Below, in pieces: positions 61,189 to 64,000 of a stretch of DNA of 64,000 bases (position 1 is its first letter; each line of letters begins with the position of its first letter). The notes under the pieces were generated by a model. That model did not search any database and was not told the DNA's origin. It was given only the letters and a program-made list of their open reading frames with translations. Position numbers and translations under genes: made by a program. The DNA is from Neovahlkampfia damariscottae (lineage: Eukaryota), in contig JABLTG010000100.1 in NCBI GenBank assembly GCA_016618085.1, positions 1 through 64,000 on the forward strand. Reading direction: 5' to 3'.

Positions 61189-64000
61189 ATGAACCCTTCC
61201 ACTAGTCAATCACTACCTCCAGCATGTCTGTTTTTTGGAAAGTACACTTCAAAATGTGGCTACTGTAAAGAATATGATGAGAAAACAAACACTTTCATAA
61301 AGAAAGAAACAAGGTTAAAAAAAGATTAAAAATTTAAACGAATTAGTGTTCAAATTGGCATGAATTTGATTACTTTCACACCTGAAGATTATGAAAAATT
61401 ATACGATAGAGGATGGCAAAGATCAGGTACCTTTGGATACCAACCTCAAAATCAAGAAACTTGTTGTGCTCAATATGGTTCCAAAAAAAAAAGTAAATAT
61501 TAATTCTTCAAAAGGAATTCGTTTAGATACTTCAAAATTAGTTTTAGACAAAAAACAAAAAAAAGTGATGAACAAATGGGAAAAGTTCTTAAGTGGAAAA
61601 GTAGATGCTGAAAAAGAAATTAATGAGAAAAAACAACAAGTATCAAAATTGTATCAAGAAATTACCAAAGATTTGAAAGAATGTATTGATGAAATTTTGA
61701 AAACAGAAGACTCAAAAATTAATTTTAAAATTCATATATCAAGCAAAAAAATCAAAAACGTCTGTGATTTTTCAACCTCTATTGGAATAACTTTAAGTAA
61801 AGTTTTAAAAAAACAAGATGGTAAATATTTTGGAAATTTAATATCAAAAAAATTCCAACAAAAATTTGAAAAATATCATCAAGAATTGGAATCTATTGGT
61901 GTATCTGAAACTGGTCATTTGAACTTTTTATTGAAAAAAAAAGATGAAATCAAGAAAGAAATTAAACTAAAAGATATCCAATTAAAAATATTCCCAACAT
62001 CATTCAAAGAAGAAGAATTTGAATTATACAAAAAATATCAAGTCAAAGTTCATCGTGATAATTTGGACGATTTAACAGAAGAGCAATATAAAAACTTTTT
62101 ATGTGAATCACCATTACAATATGTCAACAATCCTGATTGGAAAGACAGTCCTTTAAATTTAAAATTTGGTTCATTTCATATCCAATACATTGTAAGAAAA
62201 TGAAAAAAAAAACTAAACAGACTATTTTTCACAGTTAGATGGAAATTTGATTGCTGTTTCAGTAGTAGATGTATTGCCTCATGGAATATCTTCAAAATAT
62301 CATTTTTATCATCCAAATTATTCATTTTTATCTCTAGGTGTTTTCTCAGTAATTCAAGAATGTGAAATCGTAAAATTTCATTCAAATTTTACGCCATCAT
62401 TCAAATATTATTATCTTGGTTATTATGTTCATAACAATTCAAAAGTGAATTACAAAGGAAATTATTATCCATCAGAATTATTATGTCCTGTAACATTGAA
62501 TTGGGTACCAATTGAAAAATGTAGAAAATTATTAGATCAAAAGAAATTTTGTCAGTTATTTCCTGAAGATGAAAAATTACCTGAAGAGAAACCTATTGTT
62601 GTTCATCATGGATTTACTTGTGATGTGTGCAGAAAATTCAATTTCACTGGGAATAGATATCATTGTTTGGATAAAGGTACATCTATTTTAATGGCAGATG
62701 GTTCAGAAAAAAATATTGAAGATATTAAATTAAATGACGAAGTACTTGGTCCAGATTCAAAGCCAAGAAAAGTTATTAACTTAACAAATGGAACTGATAT
62801 AATGTACAGAATTACTCAAAAATCAAATAGCAAAAAAGATACAGTGTATGGGCAAACTGAATTCATTTGCAATTCAAGACATTTATTAGTAGTTGAAACC
62901 CCAAGATTTGTTAGTATTGTTAAACAAGTGAAAGAAGTAAGAACTGGAATATTAAAAGAATATGTGGAATATTATAAACTTTCTGAAATTAATGTTGATA
63001 CAAATAGAAAAATTAAAATGGTAAAATTGGTTGTTGCATCATTTTCTCATAAAAAATGGGGTGAAAAAAAAGCAAAAGAACAAGCAATTAAATTTAGGGA
63101 AAATATTATTAAAGAAAATGATGGTGAAAAGATATTTAAATGGTTAATAGAAGCTAGAGATGTAGATCATATTCATCCAAAAGTAAGAAATGCTACATAT
63201 CAAATACATGCACCTATATTAATTGAAAATGACAATTTTAGAAAGAAGTGTAATGAACTTGATGAAAAAAATTTATTCAGTAATGATGAAAATATTAGTA
63301 AAATGGCTTGGTTATTTGGATTATGGATTGGTGATGGAAGTTCAATAGATTCAAGAATAGCAGTGAATATAAAAGATAAAGATGAAATTAAAAGAATTCA
63401 AGATTATTCGAATGATTTAGGATTATGTTCTTCAAAAGAACCTTATCAAACACCATTACAGATTGAAAAAAAAAGTTTAACTGGAACTATAGATATTCAT
63501 TCAAGTAAAATTAGAATGAATAATAATGGTGATGAATCAAAAATTAAACACAAAAAATTGTTCAATACATTCTGGAATTTGATTGAAGCATATGGATTAG
63601 GCAATGAAACCACAAAATTTGTTCCAAATGATTTTCATTTGGAAGAAATTTTTGTCAGAGAATGGTTTTTAGCTGGTTTAATTGATTCAGATGGTTGTGT
63701 TCATCAAGATAAAGTTTATATTACAACGATATATGAGAAAGTTAGCGACGGTGTTGTGAAGATTTCAAAGTCCTTAGGAATTAGAGCTTCAGTCTCATAT
63801 AGAGAAGCATATATTGATAAATGGAAAGTGAACCATAAAAAAGCATATAATGTTACATTATCAATGAGTAGTGCTTTACAAAATATTTTATCAAAATGTT
63901 CAATTACTGGAGAATATGCAAATGATGGTGGATCAAAAAGAAAATATATTTCTCCACCTGAAAAAGTTGAATATTTAAATCAACCTTTTTATTTTAATTG
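61189..64000 (+). CDS. ATE1: Arginyl-tRNA--protein transferase fused to a ZZ zinc finger and containing an intein; runs off the window
   Basis: Exons 61189-61313, 61347-61477, 61515-62191 and 62235->64000. Motifs CGYC, YEKLYDRGWQRSG, TCCAQYGIRL, LYKKYQVKVH, GSFHIQY, LIAVSVVDVLP, YSFLSLG, YYYLGYYVH..KVNYKG.Y.PSELLCP. No stop codon before the window end. Confidence 0.93.
62664..64000 (+). mobile_element. PI-SceI/VDE-like intein with LAGLIDADG homing endonuclease (C-terminus beyond window)
   Basis: Block A CLDKGTSILMADG; block B FICNSRHLLVV; block C LFGLWIGDG (63312-63338); block E FLAGLIDSDG (63666-63695). In frame and stop-free for 445 codons. Confidence 0.9.

Noticed and set aside
61391..61514. 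N-terminus of ORF-track protein 61391-62203
   Set aside because: The true ATE1 exon 2 is in another frame; this part is off-frame or intronic.
62664..64000. Group I intron-encoded LAGLIDADG, Hedgehog-type Hint domain or yeast contamination
   Set aside because: The sequence is in frame, starts with Cys and intein blocks A/B, and includes an endonuclease. It is contiguous with a protist-style, short-intron ATE1 rather than VMA1.

Overview
AT-rich, very gene-dense eukaryotic nuclear DNA using the standard code. It has tiny GT-AG introns of about 28-45 nt, intergenic gaps often under 100 bp, and a CCAAT motif just upstream of most start codons. The gene content (RGS fusion, kinase-AAA-GAF-cyclase, CotH, kelch/BTB) suggests a free-living protist, possibly heterolobosean; this is inference only. 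About 30 genes are recognisable, including AAGAB, RhoGAP, DcpS, UTP4, LZTR1-like, P450, DDX60-like, thiolase, two AIG1/GIMAP GTPases, an SLC25 carrier, UFM1, DUF4246, Furry-RGS and ATE1. There are also two tRNAs (intron-containing Asp-GTC; Gln-CTG) and a frameshifted block at about 54.6-61 kb. The most interesting signal is missing from the ORF track because it runs off the right edge. The ATE1 arginyltransferase gene continues in frame into a ZZ zinc finger, which is interrupted at a zinc-ligand Cys by a PI-SceI/VDE-like intein with both LAGLIDADG motifs intact (62664 to the window end). The same ATE1 also carries an internal segment resembling the arginyl-tRNA synthetase N-terminal tRNA-binding domain. 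The left edge holds the start of an IS607-type TnpA, the element class that carries TnpB/Fanzor2. All family assignments come from manual translation and recalled motifs, not database searches.
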